Assembly (NCBI GenBank): GCA_016748015.1
Contig: JAAOMT010000263.1
Coordinates: 64,193-128,192 of the forward strand
Direction of reading: 5' to 3'
Source: Geosiphon pyriformis uo1
Lineage: Eukaryota; Fungi; Glomeromycota
Length of the DNA: 64,000 nt
Both the position numbers and the translations under genes were made by a program. Shown here in pieces: positions 1-12,242 of the stretch. The notes below the pieces were generated by a model. It made no database searches. It was not told the origin of the DNA and saw only the letters and a list, made by a program, of their open reading frames with translations. The stretch's first letter is position 1; the number at the start of each line of letters is the position of its first letter.

Positions 1-60
1 AACCAATAAACAAATATAAATAAAATATTAGCAAGTATATTTTAAGCAAACTAAACTTAC

Positions 61-317
61 CGAAGTATCACCTCAAACATTTGTGGTGAAATATTAGGCT
101 TAGAGAAGATAATGGTGTTATTTTCTCTTTTAACCCAATTACTAGAGAGTGCTACAGCAAAATAGGAGGATCTTGCTGCTAAAATCTGCGAGTGAGCATG
201 AAAAGTTTTAGTATTAAGACCATTACCGACGATAATCCTAACATCTACGAATATTTCGTTATTCAATAAGGTGCCGAAGTCGCGAAGTAAAGCGTGGAGG
301 AGTTTTTGGGACGCCAT
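61..317 (-). CDS. BTB/POZ-domain protein, exon 1 (gene continues off the left edge; probably BTB-BACK-TLDc family)
   Basis: ATG at 317 gives MASQKLLHALLRDFGTLLNNEIFVDVRIIVG...FHAHSQILAARSSYFAVALSSNW...KPNISPQMFEVILR, a typical BTB N-terminus. A GTAAGT donor starts at 60. Upstream region, exon and intron are homologous to the locus at 60691. Confidence 0.9.
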
Positions 318-576
318 GAATCTCCAGAAATCACAATTTTTGGTCTTTATAACTCTGCCCACATTTTTGTTTACCTTGAGCAAGATCCGTGAGTCACTAA
401 TAGCGCAGTTTATGGCGTAGTCTTTTATTTTTTAATCTGCGATTGATTATCACAGATAACGTGATTTTAATCTGAAATTTTTCATTTAAACAATATACCC
501 CTACAATAAATTATTCCCATAGCCATCGAGTATTTTTACTGCGTCAGTTAACAAATATTCTATTTAAAATAAATTA

Positions 577-1268
577 CCAGAGAGCACTGCCTACAGTAAT
601 CGGGTATTATTCAAAACTTTTTAATCAGAAAATTGAATAGTAACCGTGGGTACTATACATGCATGGGGATACTTTATAAGATAGCAAAAAAATAATCGAA
701 CACAAATTATGTAAACCTTTTAAAGCTAAGATAATTAAAATAATTTTTATAATATATTCTAATATTTGATTATTTTTAACAGATTTGTCACATTTATAAT
801 GAAGGGATGGCAAATGAAATTAAAGAATATACTCCTTCTGGCAAAATTAAATGACCATCCTATGCAACAGTGGCTGAATGGGTGAAAAATGCATTGAAAT
901 TCCCTTAATTCAAAGATCATTCAAATGTTGTGGCATTTCAAATAAAATGGATAGATTGGAGGAAAAATTACTTCTCCATTTTCGAATGTACAATCTAATA
1001 GTATTAATATTATTGTAATTCATTTTTAACAAGAAAGCAAAATACGTGATTAATCTTTGAATAATTATGAAAATAATTATAATATAGAAAAGAGGATTAT
1101 AATGTTGACGAAAGTAATGAAACTGAAACAATATATATTAATAGTCATGAAGACTAAATATATAATAAATTCATAAAACACTCGGGTTTTATTCAATTCT
1201 TCAAAATTAAAATCGTGTAGTGTACGCGGTCTTAATTATGGCAGGATACCATAGGCAGTGCTCTATGG
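577..1268 (+). mobile_element. Internally deleted pogo-like (Tc1/mariner superfamily) DNA transposon with TIRs and TA target-site duplication
   Basis: Left end ta|ccagagagcactgcctacagta and right end taccataggcagtgctctatgg|ta are inverted repeats (21/24 including the flanking TA). The interior translates to a pogo DDE transposase C-terminus: KPFKAK...YNEGMANEIKEYTPSGKIK*PSYATVAEWVKNA...LIQRSFKCCGISNKMD. Confidence 0.85.
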
Positions 1269-1849
1269 TATTATATTAGATTTATTTGAATAATTAAATT
1301 TTATGTTTATTTAATTTATGAATTATCAAGGGGAACAAACAAATTTTCATAAATAATGTGCCGCAAAACATGTTTTTTATGGTCTGAAAGGCGTTAGGGT
1401 TGACCAAATGTTGTTAAATTGTGCCAAACCCTTTGTTTAAAATTATTTAAATTGATGGGATAGAAATATTAAGTTAAGCTGAAATTGATACCATCAAGGT
1501 AAGTGCGAAATATATGTTCGTAATTCTTGGTAGTTAAATTATTTTCTTGATTAAGAAAAGTTTAAAAGAGTGCACTAACATAATAGCATAGGAAATGAAG
1601 ATGTATTTTCTATCGCGCATCGGTAGAAAAATGGTATGCAATATATATTTCTAACTTTTTTGTCGAGATAAAAATTTTTTTACACCGAAAGGAATGGTAA
1701 CATTTCAACAAAGGTTTTTTGTGAGTCAAAGCTATATGTCTTTAGCAATATAGAGTGAAAGCTCTTAATGAGATTTAGCCAAAGTTTAATCAAAGGAAAT
1801 AAAAAATCACTTACCAAAGCATAAGATTTTTATGCAAAAGAATCAAAAT

Positions 1850-3080
1850 TTTGAAGTTACATTCATTTTTTATTTATAAGAGTAAAATTTAAATTTATTA
1901 AGAAAATCAAACATATACGTATGACAAATTCAAACCGGAATATTTAAAATGAGAGTATTAATCTAATAGCATATTCTCTTGAAGATAGAATGAAAACAAT
2001 ATGTTTCATTGTCAAAATTAATTAAAAAAATTCCTTTTAAATTCTTACTACAATGTTTATTTAAAAATTAAATTGTGGTTTTTTGTGATCTTCCAAAAAG
2101 ATATGTGAAACTACAATAAATATGAAGTTAAAAATGCTGTAAAGAAAAATGAAAAAGATGACTTGAATGCCATAAAGAATTTGTCGTTTATTTTAAGTTT
2201 TATTTAATAACAAAACTTTGAAAATAAAATGTAAATAAAGATAAGTTTAATTTTTATTTTTTGATATTCAAAAAATTTAAATCAAATTATTTTAAATCAG
2301 TAATAAAACATATTCAAAAAGTACATAATTTAATGAAAATTTCAAAGCACTAATTAATAATATTAATTTTTTTTATTTATTTTTAAAAATTGGACAACTT
2401 TAAAATTTTATTTACAATTTATTTGTATTTAAACCAATTTTTTTTTACTTTTTAAAGAAATAACAATTAATATTTAGCCTTCTATAGTATATTTCGAATT
2501 TTTGATTCTAAAACAAGAATTTTAAAATTTATTATTATACCAAAAATTAAGATAATATACTTAAAAAAAAATGAAATTTGAAAAAACTATAAATATTTTT
2601 TTTGATCAAATTGAATTCATGTAATTCAAACCTATTTTTTTTATTTTTATTTAAAATAAAATGTAAATGTAACAAATAAGTATTATATAAATTGCAAATT
2701 AATTGTAATTAAGCATTAGACTAATTAAAATTCTATGTAAATAATTCTGATTTTCTGTATATTTTAAAATATGTATCTATATGCCAATTTATTTATATTA
2801 CCAAATTTTAAAAAATTTGTTTTTTATATCGATAATTTCTTGTCAAAATTTTTGCTTTTAAAAATATTTGTAGTTACAGTATTTTATATTTTTGAAAGTT
2901 TTAAATTATAAGTTATGTTAATATTAATTGTTTTATGAAAATTAAATGTTTTCTTGTTAAAATTATTACCAATAAAATTTTTGATTTTATTTTATATAAA
3001 AAAATATTACTTACAAAGATTAATTTAAAATTCATTAATTTAAATAAAAAAATTCAATTAATCTTTGTTATATATTTCAG
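1850..3080. repeat. Hyper-AT-rich decayed repeat tract
   Basis: Almost no G/C and no credible ORF; abuts the LINE fragment at a sharp compositional boundary. Confidence 0.5.
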
Positions 3081-4110
3081 GTGTTGGACTGCCGAGATCG
3101 TCAAGCGGCGATCGCTGCTTGCAAATCGGAGATTCTGTCGGGTGCGCCTGATTATCGCACTGCGATGGATGTTTGGCTGGCAAAGCCGGGGCATGTAGTC
3201 CATCCCTTTGGTTACAAAAAAACAATTTTTGATGAGCGGTATCGATGTTTCAATATTTTACAGCGCCAGGCGGTATGCCAGAGGTTTTTATGATATCGCC
3301 GAAGTAGTAGACTGGGAGAGAACCGTGATGGTCTGGCACCTTGAAGTCAGGTACCACGAGCAGGAAGTCGGCTGGATTTCGTTACGCAATGAAAGTCCTG
3401 CATGGTTTATTGCCGGTTGCTGAGAGAATGAAGATTTACAATAAGGATTATCTCAGCTTCAAATGTTTTAAATGTGATGAAGTAGAGTCGTCAGATCATG
3501 TTTTTGAATGCTGCGCTGATGCGGGATTGAGGGTATCCATTTTGAATTATGTTGAGAATTTTTGGAAATCTGAAGTTGGCGAGCAGTGGTACGGTTCAAA
3601 ATTTGGTCTGAATTTGGCCGATTTGAATTGTTGAGTGATGTTACTGATGCTGCAAGGAAGTATATGACGCTAGCCAAGGGCTTCGTTTTTAAGGATTGGT
3701 TCGTGGATTTACATAGTATCTTCGGGTCTGCGAAGCTGGCCACGGCAAAAGTTGTGGAACTTGTTAGATTGGTTATAGATCTTCACAGACAACGAGTCTG
3801 GATGGATACGACTTCCAGATGGAGAAGCAGGGTTTGATCAGGAATGAGGATTCTGAGATTATCGATCAAGTGAGAAGATTAGATAAGGGTAGGTCGGTTT
3901 TGGTGGAAAGGTGCGGTTGTTGTATAGGTTACGGGTTCACGAAAGAAGCGTTTGATATCACATATTGCAACTTTGGTTTGCGAGGAATTTTTGAATTCAA
4001 TCGTGGCGGATTTTTGCGTGTTAGTTGCTAGTGTGGTCTTGATTGGCTCAGGTGTTGATCAAGTGTATAGAGCGTTTAATATAGAACATATGAGTGTTGG
4101 ACAAAAAAAG
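3081..4110 (+). mobile_element. 3' portion of a non-LTR (LINE) retrotransposon ORF2: RNase H remnant, CCHC zinc finger, 3' UTR and short A-tail; frameshifted
   Basis: GC-rich island. DRQAAIAACKSE..PDYR resembles the RNase H DSQAA region. MKVLHGLLPVAERMKIYNKDY..KCFKCDEVESSDHVFEC is a zf-RVT-like C-x2-C-x7-H-x3-C motif. Coding is split over several frames and ends at ~4031, followed by a UTR and caaaaaaa at ~4102-4109. Confidence 0.8.
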
Positions 4111-6150
4111 ATTTTAATTATTGATTTATATATTTTTTGGAAGAATAACCTTGATTTTACAAAATTTTGAGTTTTTGTTTTGATTTTAATTGATTTTGCT
4201 GAATCTTTAATGATTCTGATAAAATTCTAGAAATTTTATTCAAAACACTCAGATTTGGTCAAACTTTAATTGATTTTACCAATTTTAATATGTGGATAAT
4301 TCAATTATTGTATTTAATTGAATTTTTGAATTTTTGCAAATCAAGTTAATAATAATAGAAATACCGAAAAATTAAATTATGAAAATTAAGAATAATTTAT
4401 ATTGTTTGTTTTAAATGTCAATTAATAATTCAACAAATTAAAAAATTAAAAAAATAGTTATTAATTTTTTGTATCTAAAAAGCTGATATTTTAGAAATAT
4501 GTTGCTGATAATTTTTGTAAGCTGACATAAAATTATAAAATTTAGATTAAACTTTAATCTTATAATAATTCAAATTATTTAAAATATTATATTATCATAT
4601 TATTTTATAATAAAATACTATTTTAATTATTTTACTTAATAATAAATACTTGAAATAAAAACAGACAATGCATTGCACAATGATTTTATGTGTCATTATT
4701 TTACCAAATCTGTGCAAAAATAAAATAATTCTAATTCATTAAATCAACGGGTTCAGTGTTTTAGCAGTAATAAAAAAATTATCCATTTTAAAATTCATCG
4801 AAAATAATTGAAATTCATTTAAGGTTTTTGGAACTGTTTTTTATTTTAGTAAGCCTAAATAATGCTATTTACTAGACCAACATATAAGCAAATTGTATTT
4901 ATTTTATTTTTTATTATATAACAAGTAGCTGTAAAAACTTAATTCTATTCATTTACAGTTTTTGATATTACAACTATTTATTGAGTTTAAATTCAATATT
5001 AATAAAAAGAAATTGTGAATCAAAAGTATTGAAAATAAAAACTGTAAAATCTGATCTTGCTGAATTTTTTTACTATTACTTAGAATTTGGTAATAATATT
5101 TTTTAATTTATAAAAAAATGATAATAAATTTTTGTTTATATTTGTGCTTTAATATGATTTTTTAATAACTTATTTTTTGATTTTAAAAAAATATTAATAA
5201 ACAAAACAAGACAAAACTAATTGTTAAAAAGACTATTTTTACATTAATAATACAGTTTTTTTTGTTAACTGTATTAATAAATAAAACTTTTTATCTTTTA
5301 CAATTTTTTTTGCTATTAAATTATTTATATGTGTAACTACATAATAAATCTATTTTTCGGAATTATTTTCTAAGAATAAGCTCTAATAAAGACATGTTAA
5401 TAGATAATTTAGATTAAAATATACTGGCAAATTTAAGATTTGTAAAAAGTAACTGATTTATAATAACCTACAAAAATATTATAAAAAAGTGTTAATTTTG
5501 TTGTAATTATTCTTCTGTGTAATGATTTCACATTTTTTCAAGAAATTTTCTATGTAGAAAAAGTATCGTGACAACAGATGAATTAAATATTAATTGTTTA
5601 AGATTTTTCAAGATATAAGATGCTTGTTAATTAATATAATAATGTGGTTTAATAAAGAAAGCTATGGAAAGTTTTATCTTTAACAGTTCTTTGAATTTAA
5701 GCTTTGAATGATGTAAAAAGATCAAAAATAATATTGAGCCAAAATTAGACAACACAAACCACAGAGAGCATATACTAGTCTGAATTGCCTATCTACTTGA
5801 TCACTCATGCCCAAGAAATAGCATATGTGAATGCTACAGAAATGTAAAGACCAAACATTTTTCTTCCTTATACAATTAGAATGAGATGTAATAAAATTGC
5901 AGTAAAGCAAACAAACCTGAATGGTTTTCTCCTATACCATCAGAATAAGGTGATTTACCTTCACTAATTTCTTTAGACATTTTTACTTTCCTGAGCACAA
6001 ATTTCAGACTATTTTTTGACCAAAATGTATGCACAGTTGTTAAAAGACCAGATATTTTTTTCCTCCATCCCATTGAAATGAGGTGTAGCACAATTGTTAG
6101 CAAACTGTCCATGCAATGATGAACAGCTCATAGTGCGTTAAAATTATAAA
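4110..6150. repeat. AT-rich decayed repeat tract with a less-decayed coding relic at ~5730-6120 (family not identified)
   Basis: Extreme AT content to ~5700, then a stop-interrupted plus-strand frame (HREHILV*IAYLLDHSCPRNSICECYRNV...KPEWFSPIPSE*). Confidence 0.35.
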
Positions 6151-6449
6151 TGTGGTCAATTTAATTAAATCCATATTTACTTCAAGTTTTATGTTGTAAT
6201 AAAATAGAAATTGAGAAAAGATTTATTTTATTACTAAACGTCCCATCATTGCAAAGGTTATGAAAAGTGAAAATATTTATACTGTGAGTCCTTTTTGTTA
6301 CTTATTATTAGCAAAAATTTTCAATCCATTGAAATATGCAGCATAGGATTTTGGTTTCTTAGTACGAAAAATATGGATTTCATTTTTATTTATATTATTA
6401 TGAATTCCACACGATAAATTTAGGCCAGTCCAAAAATTGCGCATTTTTT

Positions 6450-7480
6450 TAAAAAAAGCAACTTATATACAAAATATAGGTAAGATTATCAACAAACTCT
6501 TTCTCTGTTCTAATAATCTCGAAAATAATTTCTTGTCGTTTAATTGTTTCAGAATCCAATTCTTTTTTGATTTCAGCTGGTACTTTAGCTTCAGAATTTG
6601 GCGGTAATGTAATGACAAGGTTATTTTATAGTATCAAATTATATTTCTCTTCTCGAAACAAATAATTGATTAAGCAACGTCAATAGATTTCAAGCAGTTT
6701 TAACACTTTAAAAAGCTTATTTTTGAAAGTATGACTCATAAATAGTACATTATTATTCTAATTTTGCTTTAAAAATTTACAGTTGCCTCTATCAAAATTT
6801 GCTTTTCTCAGGACTTCTTGTGCTGGCCGGTAAAGACAACTATTCGGTTGAAAAAATTTAAATTCCAATGACATCTAGGCTAAATCGATCATATATTTAA
6901 TGGATTTTCGAATGGAAATACTTTGCTCAAACATATTTCCTGCTCAAAAGATTGAAATATTGTTTATAGAAGAAAGCTTTTTATCAATTTTTTGAAGATA
7001 AAGAAAAAGTCATATTGTCAGCTATGTTAGATTTGGAAAAAGTTAAATTTGTAATAGTGAAAAGATTCAGCAAACTTCAACTGTTTTTTAACATACTTGA
7101 AATTGAGTTTAGAACTTCTTTTTCTCAAAATTCAAATTTACAATCAGAGATGATAACAACGACTTGAAAAAGCGAATCCATTTTTAAAGACAGACTAGAA
7201 AATTTGGGCTAAAATGGGATGGACCATTGCTGCTGAAAAATGGTGCACATAAACTGAAACTAGATAACAAAAATACATGTACTTGAGATATAAAAGAAAA
7301 AATTATATATTTGTTCTCATGTCTTTAGGTTAATTAATTTTTTTTTGAATATACTGTGAATATAAAACATTCCCGTTGTTACCATCCACCAATGACAATT
7401 TTACCCGCGAGAATTAACATTTTGGCCAAATGATATCGATAAAATCAGAGGGTAGGATGTATTCTTTCAGGGGTAAAAAA
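6450..7480 (-). pseudogene. Possible degraded F-box-type gene relic
   Basis: Near 7350-7420 the minus strand reads, with a frameshift, FSRVN(C)HWWMVTTGMFY, resembling the end of an F-box. The ~1 kb downstream has coding-like composition but many stops. Confidence 0.25.
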
Positions 7481-8590
7481 TTTTTACACAAATTCAAAAA
7501 ATCATTTTGCATTATAAATGGCTTTTCAACTGAAATTGTTTTCATACACATCAATATTATTAACTTATGAATAATAAATTTGGGTTTATCATCATTTTCA
7601 AATTTTCTAGAAATTTCACTAAATTATGCAACAAAAAAACTTCTAATATCAATATTTTCATTTTCATTAGGGAGTTTAGCCTTGATTAATTTGAAAAAAC
7701 TCTATTTTCAAATTATGAATTGTTTTGTTTTAAATTTCTTATGGACATATGTTCTGTATTAATAAAATAAAATGAAATGGTTCTTGGGTTTCATATAATG
7801 TGTATCCCAGAATATCAAATAAAAATTTTGACCAACCCTATGAGAAAAGATGTACAATAAACCGAATCCACTATTACCCTCATAATACTAACCAATTATA
7901 CAACATTGTCAAATCAAAAGTGCAAGAAAGAACTACAGAAGAAATCTGAAAACTGGAAAATTCTTTTAGAAGTAACAGATTAAGTTGTTACTTACAATTC
8001 GTTAGATTTATAATTCTGTTCAATCAGAAAAGAATAAGAACATTATTTAACTCAAATCAACATTTTTTTGTTTCTAATAAAATATAGTCTTTATTGACTA
8101 GTACATTGCCCTGTCCCTGAGGGCACTTTAAAGGCTTGATAAATTAAATACCTTTTTGGTTAATAATATAGAATTTAAAAAATTATATTGGATTTTGGAA
8201 TCTAATCCCAATCATAGTTTATAATCCTCGGACCTCTCAATCTGAGCATTTCCTTAAATCTTTTTTCTTTTATTTTGATTAAATCAACGTTTTCCCTTGA
8301 TTTTCAAGTTCTTATTCAAACATTGCTTTAGTGAATAAAACGATTTTTTTCCAAATAAACAAGACATGATGAATCTCAGATTACAAAAATAAAAATCTCA
8401 AGGTAAATCTTCAATAATTTGAAAAAATATTTGCAAGACATTTTCACAAAAATATATTTAAGCAAGAAGGTGCAAACAAAAAATTAATTCTTTCATATTG
8501 ACCAACTTCAATGGAATTGATAAACTTATTTTTCATTTAAAATCTCAAATCTCAACTTAAACGTATTTTGATAATTTTAAACTATCCTCT

Positions 8591-9376
8591 TTATAGATGG
8601 GCATTAAACTCCATTTTTCGATAAATTATACCTAAACTTAAAACCCAATCTTGATTGAAATTCCCATGGGCACCAACGATTTCATGTCCACGCGGAGCAC
8701 TAAGAACTCTACCGCTTGATCCTGACTTTCCATTTTTCGTGAACCATCCGGAACTTCGTCCCCAACTTGTTCGAATCAGAAAGTCAAGCAAACCATTCTC
8801 ATTACTGTGAACCTCAATTGAAAGGATGTGTTCATTTTCATTTATGGAAAATGAATGAAATTGTTTCCAGAATCGATTATAAATTGGGGATGCACCAAAT
8901 TTGACCGAAATCCCATCAGACCAAGTGAATTCTATACATGAAATCCATTTTCTCAAAAGTCCATAAGAGTGCCAGGCGGTAATACGGGAAAGATTGGAAA
9001 ATTGATTTTGAGTTGAATTGATGGAAATGTAATTTGCTCTAAGTGGACCGAAATTATCCAAAGTTTTGGAAAGAAAAAGGTTGAAGCATCGTCCAGAGAC
9101 ATTGCCATATGCAATTGAATATTTTAGATCAGTTTCTCTTTTTAGGAATTCAGTCTCAAATTTAATCGGTTTATTAGGAATTGCGGCTAATTCTAGATTA
9201 GGTGTGGTCGATTCAGTGGTCATTTCAAATACAGCCAGTGGAGTTATAATTGGCTCACTATCAGAAATTTCAATTTCAGGTAGCTCAACTGTAGCCAATT
9301 CAACTTTAGGTGAATCATTTGTAGTTGTAGCCGGTTCAGATCCGATCGGTTCATCATGAGGTATGTCCTTCTTCAT
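8591..9376 (-). CDS. Jacalin-like lectin domain protein with acidic Pro/Thr/Glu-rich N-terminal arm (261 aa)
   Basis: Single-exon ORF. C-terminal beta-prism pattern: ISCIEFTWSDG.SVKFG...FSINENEHILSIEV...LIRTSWGRSSGWF...APRGHEIVGAHG.....VLSLGIIY. Confidence 0.75.
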   Translation of the reverse strand: MKKDIPHDEPIGSEPATTTNDSPKVELATVELPEIEISDSEPIITPLAVFEMTTESTTPNLELAAIPNKPIKFETEFLKRETDLKYSIAYGNVSGRCFNLFLSKTLDNFGPLRANYISINSTQNQFSNLSRITAWHSYGLLRKWISCIEFTWSDGISVKFGASPIYNRFWKQFHSFSINENEHILSIEVHSNENGLLDFLIRTSWGRSSGWFTKNGKSGSSGRVLSAPRGHEIVGAHGNFNQDWVLSLGIIYRKMEFNAHL

Positions 9377-10129
9377 TTCAGTTGGCTATTTTCACATTTG
9401 AGAAATTTATTTGACGAAATTAGAAGCTTCGAGAATTTGGATGAATTCAAATATAATTATTGTAAAAAAATTTCATTTAATTTTTTCTGGTACTTCAGAT
9501 TAAACCTGCGACCCCACCCGCCGATTCACTATCAAATATATTTTTTTTACCAATTATATTTTTGCAATCTGCAAAAGATCAAAATCAATACCATAATCAA
9601 AAGAATTCCCAAATAATCGATTCAATTTTTTTATGATCACTTGTTCAGAGGTAAGAAATAGGGATGTTGAAGTTTTTCCGTCAATCCGACCGCTTTAAAA
9701 AATATGCAGCAACAAATAAATATTGCATGCACCTCAGCCATTACAAGTTTGGCGTGAGAGTAAAAATCAAGAAATAATAGTTCCATAGAATTTATCGATG
9801 GAACGAGCAAAAATAAAAACCAGGATATTTAAAATTGGTTGAAAGGATCAAAAAAAACAAGTGATTGGTGAAATTCATTTAGACCCTAAATGGTTTATGA
9901 TTTTTATCCCATAAATGGGGCACATTCAAAAGAGTAATTACTAAATGAAAATGAACCTTTTTAACAAATAGAATAATTTCGCTATTTTTTATTTTGGTTT
10001 TAAGTATATAGTGCCTTTAAATAAAAAATGCTAAGATTGAGGCACGAAAAATTTGTATAATGTAGTAAACTTTTGATTATCAGAAATTTGAAAAATTCAG
10101 AATACTATTAACTCAAAAATTGGCCTAGC

Positions 10130-11134
10130 TCAGCTCAACAAGGGAGCTCTCTCTGATCTTCTAAATCTACCAAATATTCCTGTACGTCTTATAAGCCTTT
10201 TGGCAAATGGTGAAAAGGAATATAAAAATAGGAAACATGCCACTCCAAATGCCACCATAGTAATAATGTTATCTTCTTGTTCAATCGAAATTCCAAAAAA
10301 CACCGATGCAATCACCAAACTGCCCAATACGTCATCATTATCTTTATAATTGATATATCCGAATGAGGTAATTATCAATATCAAAAATGAGACGGTCACT
10401 GATATATGATCAATCAATGATAAATTTCGAACACGATTTCGGTTTCGTGGATACGGAGCAAAATATACTGTTAATGCTGCAAAACTGTTGATCACGGCAT
10501 TAGTTATGGTCCAAGCATGATAAATTGAAAGTGGGGCGTGAATCCAAACAGAATCTTTTTTATTCTTTGCGGGGTATACACGACGAAGTCGGCGATAAAG
10601 GAATGTGGTATGAATGGCGAGGAGTATAGATAATGCTACTCCAAAAAAGTAGCCGTACGAATCACGAAAGACTAGAGCTTGCGAGGTGAGAGAAATCAAA
10701 AATACGAAATCGAGCTTGATTCCATTTAAAACTGTTTCACTGGCCACGGCGAAGAATTGATAAATTATGAAACCGAATAAAAGGAAATCCAACGGAAACC
10801 AGATTAGGTAGAATATATATGGTGAAGGTGATATTATTGTTGATGGCTACAGAAAAAAAGAAAGAAAGAAAGAAAGAAAGAAAGAAATGATATAATTGAG
10901 CGTATTTTCAAAAAATCTCTTTTAATTTTTTTTGAATTCAGCTCTGTTGTTATAATCTTTAAAATTTTAAAGATACTTGAAGTCGAACTTTAAATTCCAA
11001 AAGAAATATCTCTATCAAAAATTGATACTCACCCATTCTGTTTGAACGCCCAACATTTTTCCATGATGTAGTATGAACAAAGCGAACACAAAGATATTCA
11101 AAATTTTGATATAAGTTGAATAATAATCCGCCAT
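10130..11134 (-). CDS. Multi-pass membrane protein, DUF1774-like (272 aa; exons 11134-11033 and 10846-10130)
   Basis: The GT-AG intron joins the exons in frame. Motifs SPSPYIFYLIW, LLFGFIIYQFF, WIHAPLSIYHAW and a C-terminal ERAPLL; about 7 hydrophobic helices. Confidence 0.8.
10857..10886 (+). repeat. (AAAG)n microsatellite forming the intron polypyrimidine tract
   Basis: aaagaaagaaag... directly visible. Confidence 0.9.
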
Positions 11135-11239
11135 GTTTTTCGAAAGAAAAAAAAAAAAAAAGAGTTTGAATTCAAAAATACAAAAATGTAATTTGAACCT
11201 GAACTCTATCAATAAAAATAGACCAATAATAAAATAAGA

Positions 11240-11241
11240 AC

Positions 11242-11273
<32 letters not shown>

Positions 11274-11309
11274 TAAAAATAATAATAATAATACTACGGC
11301 TATTAATAT

Positions 11310-11341
<32 letters not shown>

Positions 11342-11348
11342 TTACTAC
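11240..11348 (+). repeat. Compound (AAT)n/(ACT)n microsatellite upstream of the DUF1774-like gene
   Basis: Directly visible. Confidence 0.9.
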
Positions 11349-12212
11349 AACAACTGCAACTACTAAAATTACAAAATGAAGCAGTGATGTTACTTAAATA
11401 AAAAATAACTAAATGGGACTTTCTTTTGTTATACAATTACCCAATCATAATGAATAAAAAAGAATGAGTAAATTTTTCAGGGGACCCTACATGAGCCGTT
11501 TTGGAAAAAGGCCTGTGGACATCAATTTAGTTTGTGTCTATTGCATCATACTTGGTTGATTATTTATACATCAAAAACCTCAGGTATTGTTGATTCATGT
11601 TAAAGAAAAATAGCCGATTGGATGATTTTCTATTAAACATTGATATCAGCACGTCTTTGGATCGAATTTTCACCTTTCTATCATTATGATAATGAAATGA
11701 TGCATTATGATGTTGATTCTCCTTTATTTTTCTTGAGTGCATACATCATTGTTGAGAGAAAATGACAATTTCTTTTTCATCAAAAAAAAAAAAAGAAAAA
11801 GAAAAAGAAAAAGAAAGAGGGGGATTTTTATTTGGCAGAATTTTATTTCAAAGCATGTGTAAATGATATCGAAATTACAGGTTTACTATCAAGTTAGTCT
11901 TGGCCGTTGATGAGCTTTGTGGTCACAACAATTTAATATTATTAATCAAAATGATCGATTTCAACATCTTTTCTGAAAAAATAAGCTAGCTATTTCGATT
12001 TCACAATAGCATTGAAACTTTTGGATTTTATTATAAAATTATAATTTGTCATTGTATGGAACTAAATACATAATCGGGGCTGTTGAAATTATAGATTTTT
12101 ATTGGATGGTTTTAAGAATAAAAAACAATGACCTTAATAGTGGATACCTTTAAAATTTGTGTAAAAAATGATTCAATTGTGATAGATAAATCAATAATAA
12201 TGGAATTAATCG

Positions 12213-12242
12213 AAGAAGAAGAAGAAGAAGAAGAAGAAGAAG
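12213..12242 (+). repeat. (GAA)10 microsatellite
   Basis: Directly visible. Confidence 0.9.

Noticed and set aside
9066-9616. Plus-strand ORFs of 97 and 86 aa
   Set aside because: Antisense shadow of the jacalin-like gene, and AT-rich upstream sequence with no protein-like features.
11209-11436. 75-aa ORF with poly-Ser and poly-Ile
   Set aside because: Translation of the (ACT)n/(AAT)n microsatellites.
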